A stretch of 63,572 nt of DNA, counting the filler, from Chiloscyllium plagiosum (Eukaryota), in NCBI RefSeq assembly GCF_004010195.1. It is 3 parts of one record of this genome, joined end to end, with 100 filler letters (N's around TTAATTAATTAA, not from the genome) between each part and the next. Parts side by side here need not be neighbours in the genome. Positions count along the whole stretch, not along the records: positions 26,763 to 46,303 come from NC_057717.1; 2 more parts are not named here. The stretch is one strand, 5' to 3'. Shown piece by piece: positions 33,800 through 46,403 of the stretch (positions are counted from its first letter, which is position 1; each line of letters begins with the position of its first letter). A program made the position numbers and the translations under genes. Under the pieces are notes generated by a model, which made no database searches, was not told the origin of the DNA, and saw only the letters and a program-made list of their open reading frames with translations.

Positions 33800-36700
33800 C
33801 CACCGCAGTGAACTCTCTCAGCTGACTGGCTATGAAGTTAGAAACCTCTCTGGAAATGGAGCTGGGAGAAAAGAGACACAAAGTGACGTTTCACAACTGC
33901 TCTCAGAAAGACCTCAATCTCAGAAATACTTATAGCCGGGGATCATCTCAGTGGGTATCAATCTCTTAAAACATCAATCTTATTCTGATTTTGTTTGATC
34001 CGTCTACAGTAATGAGTAAAGTGATGGTTTCTTTTTAATATGTCTTAAGGTTTCTTGATTACATTTTTAAAATTTAAAACATAGGCATTAAGTTAGTCTC
34101 GGGCAGTATTTTGTAGATCAGTAAGACTGTGCCTTTTTCTGGATTTGTAGATTGTTAACGCGGAGAGATTGCCTGTTTCGAGTGACATGCTGCTCCTGTC
34201 GGATGTGTGAGATGAAGGAAAGTTTCAATGATCCTGATGATTATATCTGAAGGAGGTGTGATTGCAAGTCGTATCGTATTTCGTGGATTGGGTGGGGAGG
34301 GATTTAATGATTTGGAGACGCCGTTGTTAGACTGGGGTAGATAGAGTTAAAAATCAGACAACACCAGGATATAGTTCAACAGATTTATTTGGAAGCACTA
34401 GCTTTCATTGCACTGTTCCTTCATCAGATGATTGTGGAGTGATTGCAAGCAGTGAGAAATTGACAAGAGCCAGGGGGTCTCATAGGTGGCAGTTTCAGGA
34501 TGGTAGGATATTGCAGATATGGTCAGGTAGATGCGTTACCTCCACGAAAGGTACAAGGGTTAGGCAGGTAATGCAGGATTCTCCTGTGCCTGTCCCCACC
34601 TCAAAAAGTATTCTGGTTTGGAAAATTTATTGGTTAATAGACGTTCAGGGAAATGTAGCACGAGCAGCCAAGTTACTGGTGCTGAGAATGGCTGTACTCT
34701 AATGTGAGGTATATCAGGTTCCAGATAATCAATTGTGATTGGGGACTCTCTAACAAGGGGCTCAGACTGCCGTGTCTGCAGCTGACAGTGAGACATCAGA
34801 ATGTGGTGGTGCCTCCCTCATGTCAAGATCAAGGATGCCTCAGATAGGGAGCAAAATATATTCAAGGTAGAGAATGATCAGTGGGAGACATTGCACATTG
34901 GTATCAATGACAGAGGGTGGAGGTTCTGATGAGAGAATGCAGGAAACTATGTAGGAGGTTAAAAAACAGGTTCTCAAGGATAGTAATATCTAGATTACTC
35001 CCCGTGCAACATGCTAGTGAGAGTAGGAATAGCAGGATGGAGGTGATGAATGTGTGGCGAAAGAGCTGTTGCAGGGGAGAAGGAATTACAAATTTGGATC
35101 ATGGGAATTTCTTCTGGGGTATGTCTGACCTACATAGCAAGGACACATTGCACCTGCATTGGAAGGGGACTAAAATCCAGGCAGGGAGATTTGCTAGTGC
35201 TGCTCAGGAGGCATTAAACCAGTGATGGAGTAGGGGTAAACCAAAAGAGACAGAGAGAAAACACGGAAATGTGAGGCTGGTACTGTTCAGAGGTCAGACA
35301 AGCAAGAGCAAGCCACAGAATGAGGTGCGACAGACCAGTAACACTGCTTTTATTTCAGTGCAAGAGTCTTGACCAGCCAGGCAGATAAGCGCAGGTTATG
35401 GTTTTGAACATGGCACTGCGTTATTATCGCAACTACAAAGGCATGACTCAGGGGTGGATAGAACCAGCAACTCAATGTCCTGAGATATCGATGTTATAGT
35501 AAGGATAGAAAGGGAGAACAGAGCAGGGGGAGTGGCGATTTTGCTTAAGGATAACATTACGGCTGGAATTCGGGAGGACATTCCTGGGAGCCCATCCAGG
35601 TACGTTATTTGATTGGAACGGAGAAATAAAAAAAGTGATGATCTCCTTATTGGGATTGTGCGATCGACACCACCCTCCCCTCTCCCCCCGCCCCCCACCC
35701 CCACCAGTCATCGGGGAATTGACAAACAAATTTACCCTAAGACCTCAGTTATCTGAAAGAATAATGTGGTTGTAATGGTAAGGAGTTTCAACTTTCCAAA
35801 CTAAGCCTCGGAATGCTGTTAAGGGTTTGGATGGAAAGGTGTTTGTTCAGTGTATACGAGAACATTTTTGGTTCACATTGTAAGATGTACCTACTAGAGA
35901 AGGAACAAAACTTAACCATGTTTTTTCATCTATTCACAGGATGAGGAGGTCACTGGCTGGGCCAGCATTTATTGCCCATCCCTAATTATCCAGAAGGAAG
36001 TCAAGAGACTACCACGTTGCTATAGGTCAGGAGTCACATGTAAGCCAGATCAGATAAGGATGGCAGATTCCTTCCTTGAGCGACATTAGAGAATGACTTA
36101 TATAAATGTCTTGGATGTGAATATATGTGGTATGATCAGTAGATTACAGAGTATATCAAAATTGGAGGTGTAGTGGACAGTGATGAAAGTTAGTTCAAAT
36201 ACAACAGGATCTTGATCGGATGGGCCAATGGAGTGTGAAATGGAAGACGGAGCTCAATTTAGATAAATGTGAGCTGCTGCATTTTAGAAAGGCAAATCAG
36301 GGTAGGATTTATGCAATCAATGGTAAGGTTTTAGCGAGTTCTGCTGGACAAAACCACCATGGAGTGCAGGTTCATTTTTCCTTGAAAGTAGAGTTGCAGG
36401 TAGGCAGGGGATTCAAGGCAGCATTTGGTACACTTATATATATTAGTCAATACATTGAATAGAGAAGCTGTGACGTCATATTGTGGCTGAACAGAACATT
36501 GATTAAGCCACTTCTGGAATTCTATGTTAAGTTCGAATTTCCCAGTTCTCGGAATGATGGTGTGAAATGTGAAAGGGATCAGACAAGACATTGCCAGGGT
36601 TGGAGGATTTGGGTGACAGGGAAAGGCTGAATAACCTGGGTCTATTTTCTCTGGAGAGTCACAGACTGAAAGGTGACCTAATGGAGATTTATAAATTCAT

Positions 36701-37030
36701 GAAGGGCATGGATAAGGTGAACAGCCGGGGTATTTTCTCTGCAGGTAAGGTGGGTCCAAACAAGAGCAAATGGGTTAAAGTTGAGAGGGCAAAGATTGAA
36801 AAGGGATTTAAGGGGCATCACTTTCAAGCTGAGTGTGGTCAATGTATGGAGTGAGCTGCCAGATCAAGTAGTGGAGGCTGATACAATTACAACATTTAAA
36901 AGGCTTCCGATTGGGTTCATGAATACGAAGGAGTTCGAGGGATATGGAACAATAGCTGGCAAATAGTACTCCATTTGCTTAGGATTTCTAGTTGGTTTGG
37001 ATGAATTGTGCTGTCCTTCTGTATGACAGT
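33800..37030 (+). mobile_element. Decayed CR1 spanning 5'UTR, ORF1, EN and, after an internal deletion, RT and tail
   Basis: ORF1 zinc-finger-like TCCSCRM at about 34185; esterase motifs VIGDS, HIGIND, DTLHLH; WKTELNLDKCELLHF; LFSLESHRLKGDLMEIYKFMKG. Confidence 0.85.
34300..34440 (-). mobile_element. Penelope-like terminus (second family) inserted into CR1 ORF1, with a degenerate hammerhead
   Basis: Similar to 54524-54645; minus strand reads CTGATGA..GAAAGCTA. Confidence 0.75.
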
Positions 37031-37519
37031 AAGAAATTAAAAGAATCTGTGGTCCTCTTTACTGGAGAACCAGCAGAAGCACAGATAATTGTCATTGGAG
37101 CTGAGAAGGTTAAGCAGTGATTTCGAACAGGTGCAGATTTGTTTCCAGGAAATTTAATTTGCAGACAGAGAGGAATTGTTAACACTGACACAATTTTTAG
37201 AAACTACTATCAGATAATTGACAAATAATGCAGGGTAAAAATGTGAAGATTATTTTACTCAGTAAGTTCTGAGCATCTGGAACAGTCTGAATAGCAGCTG
37301 GAGACAGATTCAGCAGTTATTCTCAAACAGATTTGGAATTCTCATTTTTAAGGAACGATTTGGAGGGCTATGGGCAAATGGCAGGGAATTGCGACAGATT
37401 TTCAGCATCTCCAGACGGAGAGAAAACAGCCCCAATGGGTTGTATATCCCCAAGCCCTGTGCTCTGTCCTACTGCCCCATTACAAGAACGAAGCTCATCG
37501 CAGGGCACAGAGAAGGACG

Positions 37520-37715
37520 ATCCCACCACTCACCTCACAACAGTGCCCGGCTGATTGACAGCAGCTCACCAAATAAGAGAAGGAGAGTTGGTGTGGCCCA
37601 GCAGTCAATGAGAGTGAACAGCAGCATGACAAGTGACCATGATCTGGCCAGGCACAGTGTCACTGTGAGGGGCAATCAGTGAGTGTGAAGGGAGTGGGAG
37701 AGACTGCAGAGACAG
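37520..37715. promoter_or_regulatory. Promoter-like module 2 (paralogue of module 1)
   Basis: Exact TGATTGACAG at 37552-37561; CCAAT degenerated to CCAAAT; co-linear with 30505-30680. Confidence 0.4.
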
Positions 37716-37754
37716 TTACGGACATTGCTACACATGAATTACTAACTCGCGGTA

Positions 37755-38130
37755 AAATAAAACCAAAAGAACTGCGAATGCTGTAATCAGAAACAACAAC
37801 CAGGAGGTTCTGGAAAAGGTCAGCAGTTCTAGCAACATATGTGAAGAGAATTCAAAGATAAAGTTTCAGATCTCAGTGTTCCTGAGCTGATGTTACCGGA
37901 AAAAAAATGGTTTGTATGCAGTAGGTAGGGTGGAGTGGGGGCGGAAAGAAGGAATAACAGATAGGTGGAGATAGAGCGATAAGAATGGTTGGGTAAAGGA
38001 ATGGATAATGATGTGGCGGGGAGGGTGCATAGCTGTTAATGGAGATTGTTAGTGGCTAACCATAGGTAGTGTACAGTGGCAGGCTGCAATAAGAAGGTGT
38101 GGTGTGTGGGTAGTGGGCTAGGACAAGAGG
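37755..38130 (-). mobile_element. Penelope-like terminus, paralogue of 30760-31100
   Basis: Shared CAGAAACAACAA..TGGAAAAGGTCAGCAG and TAGTGGCTAACCATAGGTA. Confidence 0.8.
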
Positions 38131-38454
38131 TTGTTAACCTACTGTTAGCCACTAACTGACTCCATCGTAAACTGTTCCCCACCACATCACTCCAAGATTG
38201 GAGCTGCCGAGGACACAATCTTCTGGGATATCCTCCCTAACCGATCTGACCTCCTTTAAGATGAATTTTAAATCGTTCTCTTTAATCAACGTTTCCATCA
38301 TTCATGAAGCACTGTTAGGAGATTTGTCAATGTCGAAATCTCCATACAATGCAAGTAGTTGTTGTTATTTTCTGACAATGGAAGAAACAGGAATGAACCT
38401 TCTCTCTTCTACCTGATGAACAGGAGTAAAGCAGAAGCGCTGTGCATGCAACAG

Positions 38455-38650
38455 CCCACAATGGGCCACGGTGATTGATGTCAGCGCAGGACCAATAAGA
38501 GGACAGGGCGCTGGATTCGAGCGCCAAACAATCGGAGTGAATGAGGGGCGGGGCTATACTTGACCACATGATCAGCCTCGTGAGCAGCACAGTATTGTTG
38601 TGAACAAGGCATTGGGAATGTGATTGTGCAGACCACGCGAAAGGTAAAAA
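38455..38650 (+). promoter_or_regulatory. Promoter-like module 3 with GC box and possible non-coding first exon
   Basis: TGATTGATGT at 38472, CCAAT at 38492, GGGGCGGGGC at 38545-38554, CACATG, donor-like AAG|GTAAAA at 38643/38644; locally CpG-richer. Confidence 0.45.
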
Positions 38651-38924
38651 CTGAACAGCAGGAAGAGGGAGGGAAATGGTGTTGGTATGTGGTCAGAAGT
38701 TTTACAGCAACTTAGAGCACATTGGATGACACAAATTTGAAAATCCAAGGCCTGTGTTTGCCTCAGATCGCAATCGGCCCGAGTGAGCGCCGGAATCTTT
38801 ATTGGAGGGTAGTGATCCTCGGCGGTCAGGTTTGTGAGGTTCAATCTGCAGCAGGACGGATGCACAGCCTTCCCTGGCAGGGAGTGATAGTGCAGGATTT
38901 ACACAATGTTCCAGAGTAAGGATG

Positions 38925-39330
38925 TTTTCAAAGTCCAAGAGCGTGATGCTGGAAAGCACAGCAGGTCAGGCAGCAGCCGATCGTTGGGAAGGAAAATAGA
39001 TTGGAAAGACATGTCAAGAGGGCGGTGCCAAGTTGGAAGTTTGTATCTGGGATAAAGTGGGTGGAATGGAAAAGTGGAAACTGCTCAAATTCACATTGAT
39101 CCCATGTCATTGAAGGGTACCAAGGGCGGAAGATGGGGCATTCTTCCTCCAGGCATCATATTCTTTTGATTTGGGTGTAGAGGAGGCCCGGGAGCTAAAT
39201 GTCTTTGGTGATGTGCGAGGGGATGTTAGAGTCTTCGGACGCAACATGTTGACTTGTTTAGTGCTTTACTGTTAGTTTCACAGAACGTTTATAAATGAGT
39301 CTTCCACTGCTGCTCAGCCTCTGAGCATTT
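38925..39330 (-). mobile_element. Penelope-like fragments
   Basis: GCTGGAAAGCACAGCAGGTCAGGCAGCA arm followed by antisense PLE-like ORF remnants. Confidence 0.6.
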
Positions 39331-39724
39331 GCTGCTATCTTAACGGAATACATTTTCAACAATATCTGTAACGATCAATAATTCGTTTTTCCAAAAAAAG
39401 TGGATTTTCCTTCAATTTCTGACTGTCAAATTCTGCACCATTTCATTCACTGTAATTGATTTTGCACTCCCTGAAACATCAGCTGTGTTTCTCCCTCCAC
39501 AGATACCAATGATCAATACCACTGTTACCTGTGGAGAATGTGATGTTTGACTTCCTTGTACTGCTGCAGTTCCTGTGATGAAGGTGTTCCCACAATTTCG
39601 TTCGCTCAGAGATGTTACAGATTATTCACTCAGCAACAGTGAAGAAGTGACAACATATGTGCAAATTAAAACAGTTAGTACTTTTACTATTTTTATAACT
39701 TCTGACACAAGAGATATTAGGTCA

Positions 39725-40200
39725 GGTGATCAAAACATTGCCAAATAAGCAGGAATTCAGTTATAGCTTCAAGGAGGAAAGCACACCTGAGAGCGTGAGG
39801 GTAGGAATTCCAGGCCGTGTTGCCTTGGCAACAGTAGAAAGAGCCAGGCAGGTGAAGCAATGCATAAACATGGTTGGGAGTCTGAAAGAAGATAAGTTGT
39901 CGAGATCTCAAATGTTGTGTGGTGCAGGTAGATCGCAATGTTCACAGCCAAGAATTAAATCAAGGGTGAGAATTTTAAGTTCTTGTTGCTTATAAATAGG
40001 AACCTTTTGATGGATCAACAAGTTTTGGTACAAGTGAGCACTTGGACAGCAGAGTTTTAGATATCCTTGAGGTTACATGTAAGTTGAATGTGAGAGTCTG
40101 ACTAGGAATGTGTTTGGATAATAAAGTCTGGAGATAACATTGGGATGGATAAGAGATTCACCAAATGAGTTGAGACTGGGGTGGAGTTGGGCGAAGTCAC
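39725..40200 (-). mobile_element. Decayed L2-like LINE fragment; related pieces at 43590-43990 and 33570-33665
   Basis: GGAATTCCAG..CAAGGGTGAGAATTTTAA..GCAGAGTTTT pattern; family assignment from recall only. Confidence 0.45.
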
Positions 40201-40269
40201 TGATGTAGAAATAGCGGTTTTGGAGTGGGATTAGGCTGTCACCCTGAGCTCATCTCTGGGATTCAGCTG

Positions 40270-42190
40270 TTTGTCAGTTTGTGAATCAAGTCTGCAAACA
40301 GCTAAGGAACTGAATGGCCCTGGCAGAGCCTAAACTGGGCATCACTGAGCAGGTTATTGCTGAGCAGCTGCTGCTTGAGAGCACTGTTGGCGACACCTTC
40401 CATTACTTTACGACAGATCGAGTGTGGACTGATGGATGGAAATTGGCTGGGTTGGCTGTTTCCTGTGTTTCTGCATTGAACATACCCAGGCAGCGTTCCA
40501 CATTGTCAGTCGATGCCAGTGCTGGAGCGGTACGAGGGTTTGTGGTTGTAAAGTTCTGGAGCACAAGCCATCAATACCGTAGCCCGAATGTTGGCAGGGC
40601 ACATACCGCTTACACTCTTTGTCCATTTCTTGATATTATTTGAACTGAAACGATTGGTTGAGCATCTATGATGTTGGGGACCAGTGGAGAAGGCTGAGAT
40701 GGAAAATTGCTGCAAAAGCTGTCGTCTTAGCTTTTGCATGAATGATGAATGTGTGAGGCTCCTCCATCAGTAAGGGTATGGATATTCTGTGATACTTCCT
40801 CCAATGAGTTATTTAATTATCCATCACCATTCATGACTAAGTGTTGCAGAATTGCAGACCTCAGATTTAATCCATTGGTTGTGGGATCGCTTAGTTCTAT
40901 TTCTTGTAGCTTGTGCTGTTTGGCATGCTGGTTTCGTAGCCCTTTTAGGTATGATACAAGATTACAGTGGTGCTGGAAAAGCACAGCGCGTCAGGCAGCA
41001 TCTGAGGAGCAGGAAAATCGAAGTTTTTGGCAGGATCCTTACATCCTGTTGAAAGGATCCTGCCCAGAACATCGATTTTCCTGCTCCTCAGATGCTGCCT
41101 GACCCGCTGTGCTTTTCCAGCACCACTCTAATTTTGTCTCTGATCTGCATCACCTGCAGTCCTCACTTTCAACTACCTCTTTTAGGTACGCCTGAAGGTC
41201 CTCCTGGCATACCATCCTGCACTTTGCACTGAACTAGGATTGATCCACTATCTTGATGGTAATGGTTAAGTGGGGGTATGCCAGGCCATGAGATTTCAGG
41301 TTGTGCTGCATTGCAATTCTGCTATTGTTGTACCACAGTACCTCAGAGATGCCCCGTTTTGAGGTCCGCCATCTACTTGAAGTATATCCCATTCAGCAAA
41401 GTGATAGTGTCTGTAAACACACTGGAGACTACTCTCCACTTGAATGCAAGGCATTGTCTCCAAAGGACTGTGTGATGGTCGTTCTTACTGATGCTGCTAT
41501 GGACAGATGTATCTGTAGGTGGTCAATTCATAACAATGAGATCAAGTATGTTTTTCCCTCGTCTTGGTTCTCTCACCACCTGCTGCAGGCCAAGTTGAGT
41601 AGCTACGTCCTTGAGGACCCAACCAGCTGAGCCACTATTCCTGTTGCTGAGTTACTGTTAGTGGTGCATATTGTGAACCCATACCCAGTGGCACCAATTA
41701 CATCCTCAGTGCTTCCTACAAGTGTTGATCAACATGAAGGAGTACTGATTCATCAGCCGAGGGAGGACGGTATATGGGAATCAGCAGGAGCCATGAGACA
41801 TCCTGCCGTCTTCTGTTAATGCTGAGTACTCCCTGGGCAAGTCCTTCCTGTCTGTCCACCACTATGACACCATCTCTGTCTGGTCTGTCCTGCTGGTGGG
41901 ATAGGACATACCTAGGAATGGTGATGGTAGGTTCTCGTTATTGTCAGTAATTTATGATTTCGTGAGTAAGACTATGTCAAGCCGTTCCATGACTAGTCTG
42001 TGAGACAGCTGTCCACATATTCGCACTAGCGCCAGATGTTAGTGAAGAGAAAGTTGCAGGATCGAGAGGGCTGATTCTGTGTTTGTATTTTCTGGTGCCT
42101 TGGTGGATGTCATGTGGTCCATCCAGTTTATTTTCTTTGCTGAGACTTTACAGTGATGAAGACAATTAGTAGCTTGCTGGGCCACTGCTA
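40270..42190 (-). mobile_element. Decayed LINE family B (EN to RT start)
   Basis: Co-linear with 14350-16110 and 18900-19918; minus strand near 41860-41930 reads TITIPRYVLSHQQDRPDRGG (APE N-terminal motif). Confidence 0.8.
40955..41172. mobile_element. Palindromic Penelope-terminus insert with a 10-bp flanking direct repeat
   Basis: Inverted arms centred near 41043; CTTTTAGGTA at 40942-40951 and 41179-41188. Confidence 0.88.
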
Positions 42191-42465
42191 CATAGAACAT
42201 AGTACATAGAACATAGAACAATACAGCACAGAACAGGCCCTTCGGCCCACGATGTTGTGCCGAACTTCTAACCTAGATTAAGTACCCATCCATGTATCTA
42301 TCCAAATGCCGCTTAAAGGTCGCCAATGATCCCGACTCTACCACTCCCACGGGCAGCGCATTCCATGCCCCCACCACTCTCTGGGTAAAGAACCCACCCC
42401 TGACATCTCCCCTATACCTTCCACCCTTCACCTTAAATTTATGTCCCCTTGTAACACTCTGTTGA
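42190..42465 (-). mobile_element. Young CR1 (HER1-like) 3' end
   Basis: (CATAGAA)n tail plus GAACAGGCCCTTCGGCCCACGATGTTGTGCCG; also at 46215-46300 and 47043-47105. Confidence 0.88.
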
Positions 42466-42749
42466 ACAAAAGAGGCTTTTTTAGCTTATCATATTTGCCC
42501 GGCAAAATCTACTCTAAATTTTCAACAGTCCCACTTTCCAGCACTTGACCCATAGTGTTGAATGTTACGACAGTTCAAGTACTCATCCAAGTACTTTTTT
42601 GAAGTTTGGCCCTTTCAATTACAGGCTCCTACCATTCTCGAGGTAAGATTGTTTTTCCTCACATGCCCTTTGAATCCCATGCCTTTTAGCTTAAAATTAT
42701 GCCACCTTGTTAGTGGCTCTTTGACTGAGGGGAGCAACTGGTTTCACCT

Positions 42750-43185
42750 ATCTTCGTATCATCTGCAAATTTACTGTCCCACCCTTCGACTCCCTCATCT
42801 AAGTCATTAATAAAAATTACAAACAGCAGAGGACCCAGAACTGATCCCTGCGGAACTCCACTTGTAACTGGGCTCCAGGCTGAATATTTACCATTAACCA
42901 CCACTCTCTGCCTTCGACCGGTTAGCCAGTTTTCTATCCAATTGGCCAAATTTCCCTCTATCCCATGCCTCCTGACTTTCCGCATAAGCCTACCATGGGG
43001 AACCTTATCAAATGCATTAATAAATTCCATGTACACTACATCCACTGCTCTACCCTCATCCACATGCTTGGTCACCTCCTCGAAGAATTCAATAAGACTT
43101 GTAAGGCAAGACCTACCCTTCACAAATCCGTGCTGGCTGTCCCTAATCAAGCAGTGTCTTTCCAGATACTCATAAATCCTTTCCA
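42750..43185 (-). mobile_element. CR1 RT core fragment, locally open
   Basis: ORF 42710-43150 [35 protein letters not shown]. Confidence 0.95.
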
Positions 43186-43999
43186 GATAACATTGGCAGT
43201 TATCTTTCCCGGGAGGGCATTAGGGATTTATTCTGCCAATGGCAATTGTTCAATTGAGATCAGTCGGTTCTTAATTTCAGTTGTATTTCATAGAGCAACA
43301 ATTTCATAGAGCAACAATGGCACTAAACCTCACTGTCTGTAAGGGTGGGAGACACAGGAATCCCGAAAACATTTAATATGTTTTTAGGTGTACACTGGCC
43401 ATGCCATGACAGATAACATTTTGGACCAACTAATGGAAAGTATATTTGGATAGGTTGGTAGTAGTTCTCTTTGTCACAGATACAATAGACCACACAGTCC
43501 TTTTTCTGTCTTGTCGACCACTGAGATGATTAACAGAGGAATATGACAAGCCACATTTGAATTTCACGTCAGAGAGGTGATATTAGATAAGATGACAAAT
43601 GATTGTTTGACGATTTTGGGAGTAAAGTGAGACGGAGGGGTTCAGGAGGAAATTCTGAAGCCTGGGGAGAGGGTACAGGAATCTGATAGTGCCATCGTCA
43701 CATGCGAAGTAAAAAGAGGGTATTCTCAAGGTTGGAATTGCACATATAGCAGCGATTGGAGAGACTCGAAGAGATTAGAGATCGGGAAGATAATGAGGCT
43801 GGAAGAGATTAGAGATCGGGAGGACTGTGAGGTTCGAGAAAGTCACAGCGATAGAGATGGTTGTGACAGCAGAGCTCGTGTGGGTTTTGAGCCTGCAGAA
43901 GAATTAGAGATAAGGAGGAGTTCTGAGGCTGGATGAGGTGACAGTGATAGATTTGTGAAGAAAGAGGAATTCACAGATAGTGAGAGTTAATCGCAGAGA

Positions 44000-44326
44000 T
44001 ATACAGAACCAAAACAGACCCGGTCATCCAACCAATCCACGTCAACAATCAATCCAAACTGAACTATTCCCACGTGCCTCCGCTTTGTCCAAACCCAAAC
44101 AAACAACGTCGCTGCCCAAAGGTCGATCTCAAAGAATCCCATTCCCCTACTCTATGTCCACCCATGACTAATTCACCTAACCTACACATCACTGAACCTG
44201 GAACAAACCCACGCAGACACGGGAAGAATGTGGAAAGCCCACAGAGACAGTCGCCCACGTCTGGAATCGAACCTGGGACCCTTGCGCTGTGGCAGAAATG
44301 CTAACCACTGAGCCACTGTGCAACCC
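44000..44326 (-). mobile_element. Decayed HE1-like V-SINE
   Basis: tRNA head (TGGCTCAGTGG..GGTTCGATTCC on the minus strand) and V-domain AAACCCACGCAGACACGGG; co-linear with 62110-62399. Confidence 0.8.
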
Positions 44327-44329
44327 TAC

Positions 44330-45060
44330 AACTGTAATTGTATTCACAACTACCACTTCCTCTGGAAGCTCATTTCACACATGAACTACTGTCTGTAGAA
44401 AAATAAAAAAAATAAAATTCCGAACGTCTTCTTACAGCCATTCGCCTTTCATCTTAAAACGTATTTACCCAGTCTTGAATGGCGCACCCTCCTGGATGAG
44501 GTGACAGTGATAGAGTTGTGAATATAGAGGAATTCACAGACAGCGAGACTTATTCAGAAAGATATGCAACACCAAAACAGACCCGGTAATCCAACCAATC
44601 CATGGAAAGGAAACCAGCTATTGACATTATCCGTCCCCCTCTTGATTTTATAGACCTCTAATACGATCACCGCTCAGACTCCTTCGCTCCAGTGAAAGTA
44701 CTTCCAATCTATCCAGCCTCTGCTTATAATTAAAATCATCCATTTCCATCAACATCCTGGCAAATCTGTTCTGAACCAGCTCCAATTTAATAATATCCTC
44801 CAGATAACAGCGCAACCAGAATTGGACACAGAATTTCAGAAGAAGCCTCACCAACATTCTGTATAACCGCAGCAAAGCGATTTCCTATACTCAAAGATCT
44901 CAAAAATGGAGGTATGTGTTTCAACAGCTTTTTAACTACCCTGTCTACATGTGACCCAAACTTAAAACACCTGAAACCTCTGGTGTCCTTGTTCTCTATC
45001 ACTAATCAAGGCGCGACTGCCCTCGTTTCCTTTATCAAGACGTAAAAGTTTGCATTTATT
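44330..45060 (-). mobile_element. CR1 3' fragment
   Basis: LYRMLVRLLLKFCVQFW..LSLERRSLSGD in ORF 44648-44875. Confidence 0.85.
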
Positions 45061-45064
45061 CGAA

Positions 45065-46215
45065 TCCAAAAATCCAAAGGATCCTGAGATTACAAAGACA
45101 TTAGAAGTAACTTAAGAGGGAAATCAAGACGACAAAAAGGGGACATAAGATAGCTTTGTCAAATAGGTAAGGAGAATCCAAAGGAATTTCTTTTATATAA
45201 ATACCTTAAGAACAAAACCGTAACTAAAGACAGAAGGGGATCCCTCAAAGAGCAACGAGGCAGCCTATATGTGGAGCCACAGGAGATGGGGGAGATACTA
45301 ACCTAATATTTGTCATCAGTGCTTACTGTAGAGAAGGAGATGGAAGATATGGATTTGGGGAAATAGATGGTGACAATTTGAAAATATCTAACTTTTAGAG
45401 GAGGAGATGTTGGGTGTGTTGTAATGCAAAAGTTTGGTGAATTCTCAGGACATGATCAGGTGTACCCTTGAATTCTGTGGGAAGCTGAGAATGTGATTGT
45501 TTGGCCCCTTGCTGAGGTATTTGCCTCATTGATAGCCAATGGTGAGATGCCGCAAGACTAGTAGCTGGTTAAGAAAGGTGGTAAGGTCAAGCCATGGAAC
45601 TATCAAATGGTGAGCCAGATGTAGGTGCCGTGCAAGTTGTTGGAGCGAATCATGAGGGAGAGGATTTACAGTGTTTGGAAAGGGTAGGACTGATTAGTGA
45701 TAGTCAGCATGGCTTTGTGTGTGGGAAATCATGTCTCACAAACTTGAGGTTCTTTGGAGAAGTAACAAAGAGGATTGGTGATTTATGGACATGATCAATA
45801 TGGACTTCCGTAAGACGATCGACAAGGTTCCCGATAGGAGACTGGTTAGCATGGTTAGATCTCATTGTATACAGGGAGATTTAGCGATGTGAATACAGAG
45901 CTGGCTCAAAGTTAGAAGACAAAGGATGGTGGTGGAGGGTTGCTTTTCAGATTGGAGTTCTGAGACCAGTGAAGTGCCACAAGGATCGGTGCTGGGTCCA
46001 CTACCTTTCATCGTACTTGTAAATGATTTGGATGTGAACATAGGAGGTATACTTAGTAAGTTTGCAGAGGACACCAAAATTGGAGGTGTAGTGGACAGTG
46101 AAGAAGGTTATCTCGGATTGTAATGGACCAATGGGCTGAACAGTGGTAGATGAAGTTCAATTCAGGTAAATGAGAGGTGCTTTATTTTGGAAAAGCAATC
46201 TTAGCTGGACTGATA
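45065..46215 (+). mobile_element. CR1 ORF2 fragment
   Basis: [34 protein letters not shown]. Confidence 0.9.
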
Positions 46216-46303
46216 CATAGAATATAGAACAACACAGCGCAGTACTGGTCCTTCGGCCCTCGATGTTGCACAGACTTGTCATACCAAACTGAAGCCCATC
46301 TAA

Positions 46304-46403
46304 NNNNNNNNNNNNNNNNNNNNNNNNNNNNNNNNNNNNNNNNNNNNTTAATTAATTAANNNNNNNNNNNNNNNNNNNNNNNNNNNNNNNNNNNNNNNNN
46401 NNN
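46304..46403. other. 100-nt scaffolding gap with TTAATTAATTAA linker (46348-46359)
   Basis: 44 N + 12-mer + 44 N. Confidence 0.95.
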
